A stretch of DNA of 64,000 nt from Hyphomicrobiaceae bacterium (GCA_900298995.1 OMIC01000032.1:4254-68253); one strand, 5' to 3'; shown: positions 41,665 to 50,797, numbered from the stretch's first letter. Program-made: numbers and translations. The notes: generated by a model not told the origin, from the letters alone.

Positions 41665-42683
41665 CAGGCAGCCCTCCACAGGGGTTCATGGCGGTCCTCC
41701 CGGCCAGCGGCGGGCAGGGCTACCGGCAGCCTTGGCGCGGTGGGGGAAGGTACGGTTTCAACGGCGATGCCCTCGGCGGCAACCGCAACGGTTTCCTCGA
41801 GCGCGGCTTCACCCGACGACAGCCGCACCACCAGACGCCCGGCGCGGGCTTCCGAGAGCAGCATCGACGTGGCACCGCCATAGGCGCGTTCCGTCACGGG
41901 CTGGCGTACCGCGTCGCGCCGGGCCATTTCGAGAATGGCGGCGGGGACATCAGCGTCATGCATGATGATGTCAGCCTCCTGCAGCTTGCGCTGCGCCTTG
42001 ATGGTCAGCAGTTCGGGATCATCGAGTTCAACGCTCACGAAGGCCACGCGGCCCTGCGGCGGCTGCGCCTCGCTCGCAAAGAGGGTCTCCATCCCGGCGT
42101 GGAAACTGCAGGAGTCGCCGGCCACGAAGGCCTCGCGCACATCGCCGAAGAAGAACCGCTGCCAGAAACCCCTGCGGCGGTTTCCGGCCGGAATGGTCTC
42201 CGCCACGCGCTCGCGCAGCCCCTCGGCGGCACGCGCCAGACCACCCAGCGACTGGGGCAGCATCGCGTCCACCCTGGCCCGGATCCCCTGACCCAGCACT
42301 GGCGCTGTGCCCTCGGTCCCGATCGCAACCACCACCGGATCGCGGTCAACGATCGACGGCACGATGAAGGTCGAGATGTCGGGCTCATCCACCGCGTTGA
42401 CCGGAATGCCCCGGGCCTGCGCGTCGGACGCCACCTTTTGGTTCAAGGCGGGATCTGCCGAATAGACGAGGGCGGATCCATCGAGAAGCGCCGGATCATA
42501 GATCTTCGACAGCCACCGGACCCGGGTCTGGGCGGCAAGTTCCGGATGAAGGTCCGACGCGATCACCCGCAGCGCAGCCTCGGTCTTGAGCAGCAGCCGG
42601 ATCTTGCGCAGGGCTTCCTCGCCGCCGCCGATCACGGTGACCGTCCGGTTCCGCATGTCCATGAACACCGGAAAATAGCGCAT
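41664..42683 (-). CDS. Siroheme synthase-like protein: precorrin-2 dehydrogenase/ferrochelatase domain plus degenerate, truncated methyltransferase remnant
   Basis: 339 aa from the ATG at 42683 (MRYFPVFMDMRNRTVTVIGGGEEALRKI...) with a GGGAGG RBS. The N-terminal Rossmann motif VIGGGEEA resembles CysG-N/Met8. The C-terminal roughly 130 aa align to the start of the SUMT domain but read SVELDDP where GAGPGD is expected. Confidence 0.8.
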   Translation of the reverse strand: MRYFPVFMDMRNRTVTVIGGGEEALRKIRLLLKTEAALRVIASDLHPELAAQTRVRWLSKIYDPALLDGSALVYSADPALNQKVASDAQARGIPVNAVDEPDISTFIVPSIVDRDPVVVAIGTEGTAPVLGQGIRARVDAMLPQSLGGLARAAEGLRERVAETIPAGNRRRGFWQRFFFGDVREAFVAGDSCSFHAGMETLFASEAQPPQGRVAFVSVELDDPELLTIKAQRKLQEADIIMHDADVPAAILEMARRDAVRQPVTERAYGGATSMLLSEARAGRLVVRLSSGEAALEETVAVAAEGIAVETVPSPTAPRLPVALPAAGREDRHEPLWRAA

Positions 42684-42721
42684 CGTCTTGCCTCCCTTAG
42701 TCTGGCGTTCGCCATCCCAAA

Positions 42722-42739
42722 CGTTCGGTCTAACGGACA
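42722..42739. promoter_or_regulatory. Operator-like 18-mer, copy 1 (CGTTCGGTCTAACGGACA)
   Basis: 15/18 identical to copy 2. It lies 39 nt upstream of the cysG-like ATG on the minus strand. Confidence 0.4.
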
Positions 42740-42822
42740 ACCTGGCCAGCGTTCTGAATATCCCTTTGATTTTGCCTTGAAAGGCGGTATCAGAGAGCCA
42801 ACAGAACAACCCGGATACGGTC

Positions 42823-42840
42823 TGTTCGGTTTAACGAACA
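42823..42840. promoter_or_regulatory. Operator-like 18-mer, copy 2 (TGTTCGGTTTAACGAACA; arms TGTTCG/CGAACA are a perfect inverted repeat)
   Basis: 7 of 9 palindromic pairs. It lies 26 nt upstream of the XRE/cupin regulator ATG. A further GTTC-TAAC half-motif follows at 42843-42851. Confidence 0.45.
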
Positions 42841-42865
42841 CTCGTTCTAACAACAGGACTGAGAA

Positions 42866-43492
42866 ATGTCAACGCGCCGCAGTCGCAAGGACAACTCGAC
42901 CCGGGAACAGGATCCGACCCCCGCCCTGGGCAAGACCATCCAGAGGCTGCGGAAGGCCTACAACATGTCGCTGGGCGATCTCTCGGAACAGTCCGGGGTC
43001 GCCAAATCGATCATCTCCCAGATCGAGCGCAATGAAACCAACCCCACCCTGTCCACGGTCTACCGGCTGTCACGGGCGCTGGACACCACCATTGACGAGG
43101 TTCTCCGGACCGAGAGCCCGCCGGTGTTTCTGGAACATCAGTCGAGGTCCGGCGTGCCGATCCTCGAGAGCCAGGATGGCCTGTGCCGCCTCGCAATTGC
43201 CGGCCCCCTCAATCTGGTCGAGCAGGTGCAGTGGTATGATTTCAGGGCGAAGCCCCTGGGTGTTCTGGAATCCGATCCCCACCCTCCCGGAACGGTCGAG
43301 CATCTCTATATGCTTGGCGGTGAGATCGAAGTGACCTCGGGGGAAGTGACGACCCGGGCCCAAACCGGTGAGACGCTCCGTTTCCGGGGCGACCTGCCAC
43401 ACCGCATCGTGAATGTGGGCACCGGGGAGGCGCACGCAACCATGGTTCTGGTCCTGCGCCAGCTGGGTGGGCGCGAAGCAGTCGAAAGCTGA
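42866..43492 (+). CDS. XRE family transcriptional regulator with C-terminal cupin domain
   Basis: HTH_3-like region: LGKTIQRLRKAYNMSLGDLSEQSGVAKSIISQIERNETNPTLSTVYRLSRAL. The C-terminal beta-rich part (cupin) includes ...GETLRFRGDLPHRIVNVG. Confidence 0.85.
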   Translation: MSTRRSRKDNSTREQDPTPALGKTIQRLRKAYNMSLGDLSEQSGVAKSIISQIERNETNPTLSTVYRLSRALDTTIDEVLRTESPPVFLEHQSRSGVPILESQDGLCRLAIAGPLNLVEQVQWYDFRAKPLGVLESDPHPPGTVEHLYMLGGEIEVTSGEVTTRAQTGETLRFRGDLPHRIVNVGTGEAHATMVLVLRQLGGREAVES

Positions 43493-43507
43493 CAGTCCGA
43501 ATTTTCT

Positions 43508-44608
43508 CTAGATGAGTGACACCGACCCGTTGGCGTGGCGGGTGATCCGCCCGGCCAGCACCAGGTCGAGCAATACCGCCGACACGGTCGGCGCATCGAG
43601 GCCGCTTTCACGGATGAGCTGGTCGGTGTCAACGGGCGCAGGCGACAGCAGGTCGAGCACGGCCTGATGAACATGGCATTCGATCGCTGGCAGCGCCGCC
43701 GGCACGACGCTGTCCTCTGACTGTATGGAACGGACGGATGTCTGTTCCTCCAGAGCGGCGAGGACATCGCGGGCCGATGACAGCAGCGTCGCACCGTCCC
43801 GGATCAGCCTGTTTGTGCCCTCGCACCGGGGATCGAGCGGAAATCCGGGAACCGCAAACACCTCGCGGCCTTGCTCGGCGGCAAGCCGCGCAGTGATGAG
43901 CGAGCCTGAGCGGACGGCAGCCTCCACCACGATCAGCGCCCGTGCCATGCCTGAAATGATGCGGTTGCGGCGGGGGAAGAACTCAGCCCTCGGCTCGGTT
44001 CCCGGCAATTGCTCCGTCACGATAACGCCGCGCTCGGCAATGGCCCTGTGGAGCGCCTCATTCTCCGGGGGATAGATGACATCAATACCACCTGCCATGA
44101 CCGCGACTGTTCCGGTCTCCAGGGAGGCCTCATGCGCTGCTGTGTCAATGCCACGCGCGAAGCCCGAAACGATCGCATGGCCGGCCGTGCCGATCTCGGC
44201 GGCGAGTTGACGTGCAAACTTCCGTGCAACAGCCGATGCATTCCGCGCTCCCGCAATTGCCACCGCACTCCTGTTGAGAAGCCCCGTGTCACCCTTCACG
44301 CAGAGCAGGGGTGGTGCTGAATCCACGACCCTGAGAAGCGGCGGATAGGATGGTTCCGAACGCGCGATGAACCGCGCACCAAGCCGCGCCGCCGCCTCGA
44401 TCGCCCGCTCGCCATCCTCCCGGGCATAAATCCGCGGCGGCCGCCGGAGGCCACCCTTGCGTGTGAGATCCGGTATCGCCTTCAGTGCCGCACCCGCCGA
44501 TCCAAATCGTGAGAGCAAGGCGGAAAAGGTCACCGGCCCGACATTCTCGCTCATCGACAGACAGAGCCAGTCCCGGCGCTCCTCGTCGCTGAGCGGCCGG
44601 CCGTTCAT
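43508..44608 (-). CDS. dprA: DNA-processing protein DprA (Smf)
   Basis: 366 aa from the ATG at 44608 (MNGRPLSDEERRDWL...), overlapping the plsY stop (ATGA). Rossmann-like core: AIAGARNASA...GFARGIDTAAH...VVEAAVRSGSLITA. The track start at 44980 runs through plsY. Confidence 0.9.
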   Translation of the reverse strand: MNGRPLSDEERRDWLCLSMSENVGPVTFSALLSRFGSAGAALKAIPDLTRKGGLRRPPRIYAREDGERAIEAAARLGARFIARSEPSYPPLLRVVDSAPPLLCVKGDTGLLNRSAVAIAGARNASAVARKFARQLAAEIGTAGHAIVSGFARGIDTAAHEASLETGTVAVMAGGIDVIYPPENEALHRAIAERGVIVTEQLPGTEPRAEFFPRRNRIISGMARALIVVEAAVRSGSLITARLAAEQGREVFAVPGFPLDPRCEGTNRLIRDGATLLSSARDVLAALEEQTSVRSIQSEDSVVPAALPAIECHVHQAVLDLLSPAPVDTDQLIRESGLDAPTVSAVLLDLVLAGRITRHANGSVSLI

Positions 44609-45210
44609 GCGGCCTTCGACTTCCCGATCCTCGGCTCGTCGCCGTTCAGAAGCCGACGGATATTCGCCCGGTGCGTCAGAAACACCGCGCAACCCATGAT
44701 CGCGGCGGGCAGCACGAGGTCGCTGCGCCCCAGAAACCATGCCGCGAGTGGTGACACGACGCTCGCGGTCAGGGCGGAGAGCGATGATATTCTGGAGAGG
44801 CCCGCCACAACTCCCCAGACAGCGATGAAAATCACGCCGAGCGGCCAATACAGGCCGAACAGCACGCCGATCGAGGTCGCAACGCCCTTGCCGCCCTTGA
44901 AGCCGAGCCACAATGGAAAGAGATGTCCGAAAAACGCTGCCAGCCCCCCAAGAACCGCGCCCTGCGGCCCGTAGAGCCATCCCAGAACCAGTGCCGGCAG
45001 GGTCCCCTTCAGGGCATCGCAGAGCAGCGTCAGCGCGGCAACTTTCCTGTTGCCGGTGCGCAGCACATTCGTGGCGCCGATATTGCCGGACCCGATGCTA
45101 CGAATGTCGCCGAGCCCCGCCCAGCGCGAGAACAGAAGGCCAAAGGGAATTGTGCCGCAGAGATAACCGGCGAGCAGCGAAACGATCATGTCAGCAGCCG
45201 ACAGGCCCAT
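44605..45210 (-). CDS. plsY: Glycerol-3-phosphate acyltransferase PlsY
   Basis: 201 aa from the ATG at 45210 (GAGGAA RBS). Motif GSGNIGATNVLR...FKGGKGVAT. Confidence 0.93.
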   Translation of the reverse strand: MGLSAADMIVSLLAGYLCGTIPFGLLFSRWAGLGDIRSIGSGNIGATNVLRTGNRKVAALTLLCDALKGTLPALVLGWLYGPQGAVLGGLAAFFGHLFPLWLGFKGGKGVATSIGVLFGLYWPLGVIFIAVWGVVAGLSRISSLSALTASVVSPLAAWFLGRSDLVLPAAIMGCAVFLTHRANIRRLLNGDEPRIGKSKAA

Positions 45211-45229
45211 CGATTCCTCGCGAAGATAC

Positions 45230-46546
45230 TCAGCGGCCAGCGTAAGCGTAAACCCGCTCGCCCGCAACGACCGTCTCGACGGCGCGCCCCTCAAGGGTAC
45301 GGTGCTCGAAGGGTGAATTCTTGGCTCGCGATCGTAGGCGATCCTCTTCGACGGTCCATGACAGGTTCAGATCGACAAGCGCGAAGTCGGCCGGGGCGCC
45401 CGGTGCCAGCCTGCCGGTTTCGAGTCCGAGGATTTCCGCTGGTTTTGAACTCATGGACTCGACAAGTCGTGCCAGCGGCCCCGACTGGTTGTGATGGAGG
45501 CTCAGCGCCGCAGAAAGCATGGTTTCGAGACCGACCGCGCCATAGGCGGCTTCCGCAAAGGGCAGGCGCTTGGTGTCGGCGCTCTGCGGATCATGGCCCG
45601 AGACAATGACATCGATCACACCCTCGGCAACGGCATCGGCCAGCGCACGCCGGTCTTCTTCCGTCCGCAGCGGAGGCGACAATTTGAAGAAGGTGCGGTA
45701 GGCGCCAATGTCATGCTCGTTGAGCACGAGATGATGCGCCGAGACCCCGCAGGTCACGGGCAGCCCTCGTGCCTTGGCCGCGCGGATGACATCGACCGAA
45801 TGGCGGCTCGAGATCTGGGCAGCATGGTAGCGTGCGCCCGTCATCTCCACCAGACGCAGGTCGCGCTCCAGCATGATGACCTCGCTCATCGCCGGATTGC
45901 CCGAGAGGCCAAGGCGGCTGGCGGTTTCTCCACCATTCATGACCCCGGACGACAGGGTTGGTTCCTCGACATGCTGTACCACGAGCATGCCACAGTCGCG
46001 CGCATAGGTGAGCGCGCGCCTGAAAACATTGGCATTGGCGACGGCCCGCGTTCCATCGGTCACGGCCACCGCGCCCGCCTCGCCAAGAAGGCCAATCTCG
46101 GTCATCAGTTCGCCAGCCAGGCCTTTGGTGATGGCCGCCATCGGTGCAACGCGCACAGAGGCGGTATCGCGCGCCCGGCGCAGGATGAAATCTACAAGCG
46201 CAGCATCATCGATGACTGGCTGCGTGTTGGGCATCACGATCATGGTGGTGACACCACCCGCCGCCGCGGCCTCGGAGGCACTGGCAAGGGTCTCTCGATA
46301 TTCATTGCCCGGCTCGCCCGTAAAGACGCGCATGTCGATCAGGCCGGGTATCAGGGTCAGTCCAGCGCAATCGGTCACGGCGGCGCCGGAACCCACGCTG
46401 TCGCGCGTCACCCGTGGGCCAACATCGAGGATCCAGCCATCCTCTATCAGGATTCCGCCCGGTCCCTTGAGGGCCTGGGCGGGGGCCACGAGGGAGGCGT
46501 TCACATAGGCGCGACGATTTTGTGGATGCTTGGCGGCACTCTTCAA
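45230..46546 (-). CDS. pyrC: Dihydroorotase-like protein (PyrC'-type; first HxH metal motif not conserved)
   Basis: 438 aa amidohydrolase fold. It reads [13 protein letters not shown] where active type-I enzymes have D-x-H-x-H-x-R-E/D-P-G. The TTG start overlaps the pyrB stop. Confidence 0.85.
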   Translation of the reverse strand: MKSAAKHPQNRRAYVNASLVAPAQALKGPGGILIEDGWILDVGPRVTRDSVGSGAAVTDCAGLTLIPGLIDMRVFTGEPGNEYRETLASASEAAAAGGVTTMIVMPNTQPVIDDAALVDFILRRARDTASVRVAPMAAITKGLAGELMTEIGLLGEAGAVAVTDGTRAVANANVFRRALTYARDCGMLVVQHVEEPTLSSGVMNGGETASRLGLSGNPAMSEVIMLERDLRLVEMTGARYHAAQISSRHSVDVIRAAKARGLPVTCGVSAHHLVLNEHDIGAYRTFFKLSPPLRTEEDRRALADAVAEGVIDVIVSGHDPQSADTKRLPFAEAAYGAVGLETMLSAALSLHHNQSGPLARLVESMSSKPAEILGLETGRLAPGAPADFALVDLNLSWTVEEDRLRSRAKNSPFEHRTLEGRAVETVVAGERVYAYAGR

Positions 46547-47502
46547 GGCGAACCTCCGGCGGGCAGGTTTCGCGACAGAGCGTCGAGCACGGCCATGCGC
46601 ACCGCGACACCCATCTCGACCTGTTCGCGGATCACCGACTGCGCACCATCGGCGACGTCGGAGTCGATCTCGATACCCCGGTTCATGGGACCGGGATGCA
46701 TGACAAGGGCGCCGCGCTTCGCATAGGCCAGTTTTTCGGCATTCAATCCGTAGAACCGGTAATACTCGCGGATCGAAGGAACGAAGGCGCCGGTCATTCG
46801 CTCCAGCTGGAGCCGGAGCATCATCACGACATCCGCACCCTTCAGCCCTGTTTCCATCCGCCGGTGAACTTCGACCCCGAAATTGGCGATTCCCGAGGGC
46901 AGCAGTGTGGACGGTGCCACCACGCGCACATGAACGCCCAGTTTTCCGAGGAGATGGATGTTGGACCGCGCCACCCGGGAGTGCATCACATCACCGCAGA
47001 TCGCCACGACAAGGCCCTCGAAGCCCTGTGTGTGACGCCGGATGGTGAGCGCGTCGAGCAGGGCCTGGGTCGGGTGCTCATGCTGGCCGTCGCCCGCATT
47101 GATGACAGCACAGGACACTTTCTGGGCGAGCAGTTCAACCGCCCCAGAGGACGCATGCCGGACGACCAGAAAATCGGGCTGCATCGCATTGATTGTCATG
47201 GCCGTGTCGAGCAGGGTTTCGCCCTTCGAGACGGCCGAATTGGCCACCGCCATGTTCATCACATCGGCGCCCAGACGTTTGCCCGCAATCTCGAAGGAAC
47301 TTTGCGTGCGAGTCGAGGCTTCGAAGAAAAGATTGACCTGTGTGCGCCCCTGCAGCACCGGCTGGCGCTTGTCGGCCTGGCGGCTCACCCCGACATAACT
47401 CTCGGCGAGATCCAGCAGTCGCAGGGCTTCAAGAGAGGAAATCCCGTCTATGGCCAGCAGATGCTGGCCCTTGAGGAGCGGCGAACGGGTTTCACTGGTC
47501 AT
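46543..47502 (-). CDS. pyrB: Aspartate carbamoyltransferase catalytic subunit
   Basis: [21 protein letters not shown] and PGPMNRG motifs. The start is uncertain (ATG 47502 chosen; ATG 47523 and TTG 47541 are possible). Confidence 0.95.
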   Translation of the reverse strand: MTSETRSPLLKGQHLLAIDGISSLEALRLLDLAESYVGVSRQADKRQPVLQGRTQVNLFFEASTRTQSSFEIAGKRLGADVMNMAVANSAVSKGETLLDTAMTINAMQPDFLVVRHASSGAVELLAQKVSCAVINAGDGQHEHPTQALLDALTIRRHTQGFEGLVVAICGDVMHSRVARSNIHLLGKLGVHVRVVAPSTLLPSGIANFGVEVHRRMETGLKGADVVMMLRLQLERMTGAFVPSIREYYRFYGLNAEKLAYAKRGALVMHPGPMNRGIEIDSDVADGAQSVIREQVEMGVAVRMAVLDALSRNLPAGGSP

Positions 47503-47566
47503 TAAAGCGGCATCTCTAGGCATGAAAGCCGGTCGCCGCAAGGGGCTTTTAAGACCTGTTCACAGC

Positions 47567-48502
47567 CTAGGTCGCAACGCCCGCCAGGTACAGCACCGCC
47601 GGGATGGTGAGGGCCGCGGCCATGACCTGCAGCGTCAGCATGTTTGCCACCATCGCGGCATCGCCGCCCATCTGCCGGGCCAGTACATAGGCGCCGGACC
47701 CGGTCGGAACCGCTCCACACAGCAGCGCGACCGCGAAGGCCTCGCCCTCAACACCCATCAGCAGCAGCGCGGCCGCCATCATCGCCGGCATCACCAGCAG
47801 CTTCAGCGCCACCGCCAGCATCACCGGCGGCCAGTTCGAGATCGCATCCCCGATCCGCAGGCCAGCCCCGACGGTCAGCAGGGCCAGGCCCAGCGCGCCG
47901 CGCCCGATCATGTCGAGCACGCTGAGCGGGATGTCCGGCATGGTCAGTCCGGAAAGCTGCCAGGCGACACCGCCAAGCGAAGATGCCACGAAGGGATTGC
48001 GCAGGATCGACAGTACCAGCCGCCGTGCCGAGACCGTGTTCTGCCGCACGAAGCGCGCCATCACCAGAACGCACAGAATGTTGAGCAGCGGCGTCATCGC
48101 GGCAGCGCCCACCGCCGCCAGCGGCAAGGCGCCCGTCCCGAACTGCAGCGGCACGACCGCGAAGACAATGAAGGTGTGCCAGCGCGAGGCGCCCTGGACG
48201 AGGCTCGTGAATTGCGGGCCGTCGATCCGCAGCAGCGTCATGAGCGGCCTTGCGAGTGCCACCAGTCCACCGATCATGATCACCACGGCCGCCATCATGG
48301 CGACCGCCATCTCCAGGACGGGCAGCGCCGAGAAATCGGCTGTGGCGATCTCCTTGAAGATGATCGCGGGGAACAGCACGAAATAGCAGAGATGGTCGAC
48401 GCCCTCCCAATGTGGGGCGGGAATGACCGAAAACCGCCGCAGCCCGAATCCGATCAGAATGACGATGAACACTGGCAGAAGGGCGAGGAACGCCGTGGTC
48501 AT
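47567..48502 (-). CDS. AEC (auxin efflux carrier) family transporter
   Basis: 311 aa with about 10 TM segments and an N-terminus typical of AEC/MleP-like permeases. The ATG overlaps the ruvX stop (ATGA). Confidence 0.8.
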   Translation of the reverse strand: MTTAFLALLPVFIVILIGFGLRRFSVIPAPHWEGVDHLCYFVLFPAIIFKEIATADFSALPVLEMAVAMMAAVVIMIGGLVALARPLMTLLRIDGPQFTSLVQGASRWHTFIVFAVVPLQFGTGALPLAAVGAAAMTPLLNILCVLVMARFVRQNTVSARRLVLSILRNPFVASSLGGVAWQLSGLTMPDIPLSVLDMIGRGALGLALLTVGAGLRIGDAISNWPPVMLAVALKLLVMPAMMAAALLLMGVEGEAFAVALLCGAVPTGSGAYVLARQMGGDAAMVANMLTLQVMAAALTIPAVLYLAGVAT

Positions 48503-48963
48503 CTGAGCGAATCCAGCGCCGCCTGCAGGATCCAGGCGGCGGCGAGCTTGTCGATCACCGCATCGCGGGTGCGCCGTGAGGCATCCGCCGTGATCAGCAT
48601 GCGCTCGACAGCGGCGGTTGACAGCCTCTCGTCCCAGAAAACCACCGGCACCGGCGACAGGCCTGCGAAGTTGCGAGCGAAGGAGCGGGTCGATTGGCAG
48701 CGCGGACCCTCGGAGCCGTCCATGTTGACGGGCAGTCCCAGCACAATGAGACCGATATCCTCGGCCGTCATGATCTCCTGGAGCCGCCGCGCATCGAGCG
48801 TGAACTTGGTGCGCGCGATGGTCTCGATCGGGGTGGCGATGGTACGCGTCAGGTCACTGGTGGCGACCCCGATCGTCTTGGTGCCGAGGTCAAGCCCCAT
48901 GAGGCGCTTGCCCGGGGCAACCGCCGCGAGGGCTTCCCGGAGTGTCTGGTCGGGCTGTGGCAT
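48499..48963 (-). CDS. ruvX: Holliday junction resolvase-like protein RuvX (YqgF)
   Basis: 154 aa. RLMGLDLGTKTIGVA...LPVNMDGSEG...DERLST are YqgF hallmarks. Confidence 0.92.
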   Translation of the reverse strand: MPQPDQTLREALAAVAPGKRLMGLDLGTKTIGVATSDLTRTIATPIETIARTKFTLDARRLQEIMTAEDIGLIVLGLPVNMDGSEGPRCQSTRSFARNFAGLSPVPVVFWDERLSTAAVERMLITADASRRTRDAVIDKLAAAWILQAALDSLR

Positions 48964-49059
48964 GACGTTCCCCTAGCCCATCCGCCGGGCGGCGCAAACC
49001 GGCAACTTGCCAATCGAGCGCGGGGGGAGGATCATGTCACGATACTTGAGGAGTGCGTC

Positions 49060-49767
49060 ATGAAGATCACCTTCCACGGCCATTCGGCCTTCCGCATCGA
49101 AACCGGCTCGGCCGTGATCCTGGTCGATCCCTTCATCACCGGAAACCCGGCCGCCCGCGCGGACTGGCAGACGGTCGCGGCCGGCTGCACGCATCTCCTG
49201 CTGACCCATGGCCATGACGACCATGTCGGCGACAGCCTCGCCATCCTGAAGGCGACCGGCGCCGTCCTCGTTTCCAGTTTCGAGGTCTGCATCTGGCTCA
49301 ACGCGCAGGGCGCTGCGAATTACAGCCCCGGCAACCACGGCGGGCGCATCCGCTTCGATGACTTCGACCTCGTCTTCACCAATGCCTGGCATTCCTCCGC
49401 GGCCTCGAACAACGGCAATCCGGTCTATCTCGGAAACCCCACGGGTTTCATTCTTGAACCAAAGCATGAGCCCGGCAAGACCATCTACATCGCCGGCGAT
49501 ACCGGCATCTTCGGCGACATGAAACTGATCCACGACCTCTATCGTCCGGCCATCGGCATCCTGCCCATCGGCGACCGTTTCACCATGGGCGCCGATCAGG
49601 CGGCTTATGCCTGCCGCAATTTCTTCGACTTCAGCACGGTGATCCCGTGCCACTATGCCTCCTTCAAGGGCTTCGTCGATCCCGATGCCGCGCTCTTTCT
49701 CAAGGCCATGGGACCCGACGCGGCGAAAGTCCGCGTGCTGGCCGCGGGCGAGGCGCTGGTCCTCTGA
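49060..49767 (+). CDS. Metal-dependent hydrolase (UPF0173, metallo-beta-lactamase fold)
   Basis: MKITFHGHSAFRIE...LLLTHGHDDHVGD. The ATG at 49060 is preceded by GAGGAG. The track start at 48694 is antisense to ruvX. Confidence 0.85.
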   Translation: MKITFHGHSAFRIETGSAVILVDPFITGNPAARADWQTVAAGCTHLLLTHGHDDHVGDSLAILKATGAVLVSSFEVCIWLNAQGAANYSPGNHGGRIRFDDFDLVFTNAWHSSAASNNGNPVYLGNPTGFILEPKHEPGKTIYIAGDTGIFGDMKLIHDLYRPAIGILPIGDRFTMGADQAAYACRNFFDFSTVIPCHYASFKGFVDPDAALFLKAMGPDAAKVRVLAAGEALVL

Positions 49768-50462
49768 TGGCTCGGCAACCCCAGCGTCCGGTGGGACCCG
49801 TCGTCGATCCTCTGCCGCCGGGATCCAGGCCCGACCTGAGACCCCTCCACGGGCTCTGGGTGCGGCTCGAACCGGTTTCGGCCGAGCGCCACGCCGGCGA
49901 ACTCTGGCGGTCCTTTTCCGAAAGCGATCCGGAAGGTGCGGTCTGGACCTATCTCGGCTATGGCCCCTGGCCCACTCCGGAGGCCTTCACCGACTGGCTG
50001 CGCGCCCGTGAGGCTGACCGCGACCCCTGGTTCTACGCCTTCGTTCCGCGGGCCAGTGGCGTGGCCTGCGGCATGGGTGCCTTCATGCGCTGCGATGCCG
50101 CCAACGGGGTGATCGAGATCGGCCACATCTGGATGGCGCCTAGCCTGCAGAAGACCCGCGAGGCCACCGAAGCGATCTTCCTGATGATCCGTCATGTCTT
50201 CGACGATCTGGGGGCGCGCCGGCTGGAATGGAAATGCGACGCCCTGAACGCTCCTTCGCGCCGCGCGGCGCTGCGCTTCGGCTTTGCCTTCGAGGGCATT
50301 TTCCGCCAGCACATGATCGTCAAGGGCCGCAACCGCGACACCGCCTGGTTCGCCATGCTCGACAAGGACTGGCCGCGCGTGAGGGCGGGATTCGAGCGCT
50401 GGCTGCGCCCGGAAAACTTCGATGAACAGGGCCGCCAGAAAGCCAAGTTGCAGGTGGCCTGA
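49767..50462 (+). CDS. GNAT family N-acetyltransferase
   Basis: 231 aa. The ATG shares its A with the upstream TGA. The GNAT core reads [56 protein letters not shown]. Confidence 0.8.
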   Translation: MARQPQRPVGPVVDPLPPGSRPDLRPLHGLWVRLEPVSAERHAGELWRSFSESDPEGAVWTYLGYGPWPTPEAFTDWLRAREADRDPWFYAFVPRASGVACGMGAFMRCDAANGVIEIGHIWMAPSLQKTREATEAIFLMIRHVFDDLGARRLEWKCDALNAPSRRAALRFGFAFEGIFRQHMIVKGRNRDTAWFAMLDKDWPRVRAGFERWLRPENFDEQGRQKAKLQVA

Positions 50463-50509
50463 ACGGGTGCTATGCGGCGCTCGAAACCGGTTTTGGATTG
50501 GATCTTCCG

Positions 50510-50797
50510 ATGTCTGTCGATCAGGGAACGGTCAGGCGCGTGGCGCGGCTCGCGCGTCTCAAGGTGCAGGATGAGGACGTGCCTCGGCTCGCGGGCGAAC
50601 TCAACGCCATCCTCGGCTTCATCGAGCAGCTCAACGAGGTCGATGTCGCGGCGGTTGAGCCGCTCACCTCGGTTGTCACCATGAAGATGAAGATGCGGGC
50701 CGACGAGGTGACCGATGGTCACCGCGCCGGGCAGATCGTCGCCAATGCCCCCGCGCAGGAAGACTCCTTCTTCATGGTTCCGAAGGTCGTCGAGTAG
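50510..50797 (+). CDS. gatC: Asp-tRNA(Asn)/Glu-tRNA(Gln) amidotransferase subunit C
   Basis: 95 aa: [19 protein letters not shown]...[16 protein letters not shown]. Confidence 0.92.
   Translation: MSVDQGTVRRVARLARLKVQDEDVPRLAGELNAILGFIEQLNEVDVAAVEPLTSVVTMKMKMRADEVTDGHRAGQIVANAPAQEDSFFMVPKVVE

Noticed and set aside
41688-43334. 548-aa ORF on the plus strand spanning the cysG-like gene, the spacer and the XRE gene
   Set aside because: It runs antisense through the cysG-like gene, then through a non-coding spacer, then out of frame through the XRE regulator. The composition is a GC-rich artefact.
44609-44980. N-terminal extension of dprA. Similar over-extensions are 12368-12601 (EipB-like), 36851-36973 (GST), 48694-49059 (UPF0173), 56394-56582 (metZ) and 41319-41462 (cysI).
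   Set aside because: Each extension overlaps a well-supported neighbouring gene or its antisense strand and is R/P/G-rich. Each also precedes an internal start with a better RBS or stop/start coupling and a family-typical N-terminus.
47450-48976. 508-aa ORF on the plus strand
   Set aside because: It is antisense to the AEC transporter and ruvX genes. The product is extremely R/H/Q/G-rich and reads as low-complexity nonsense, whereas both sense-strand genes have clear family features.
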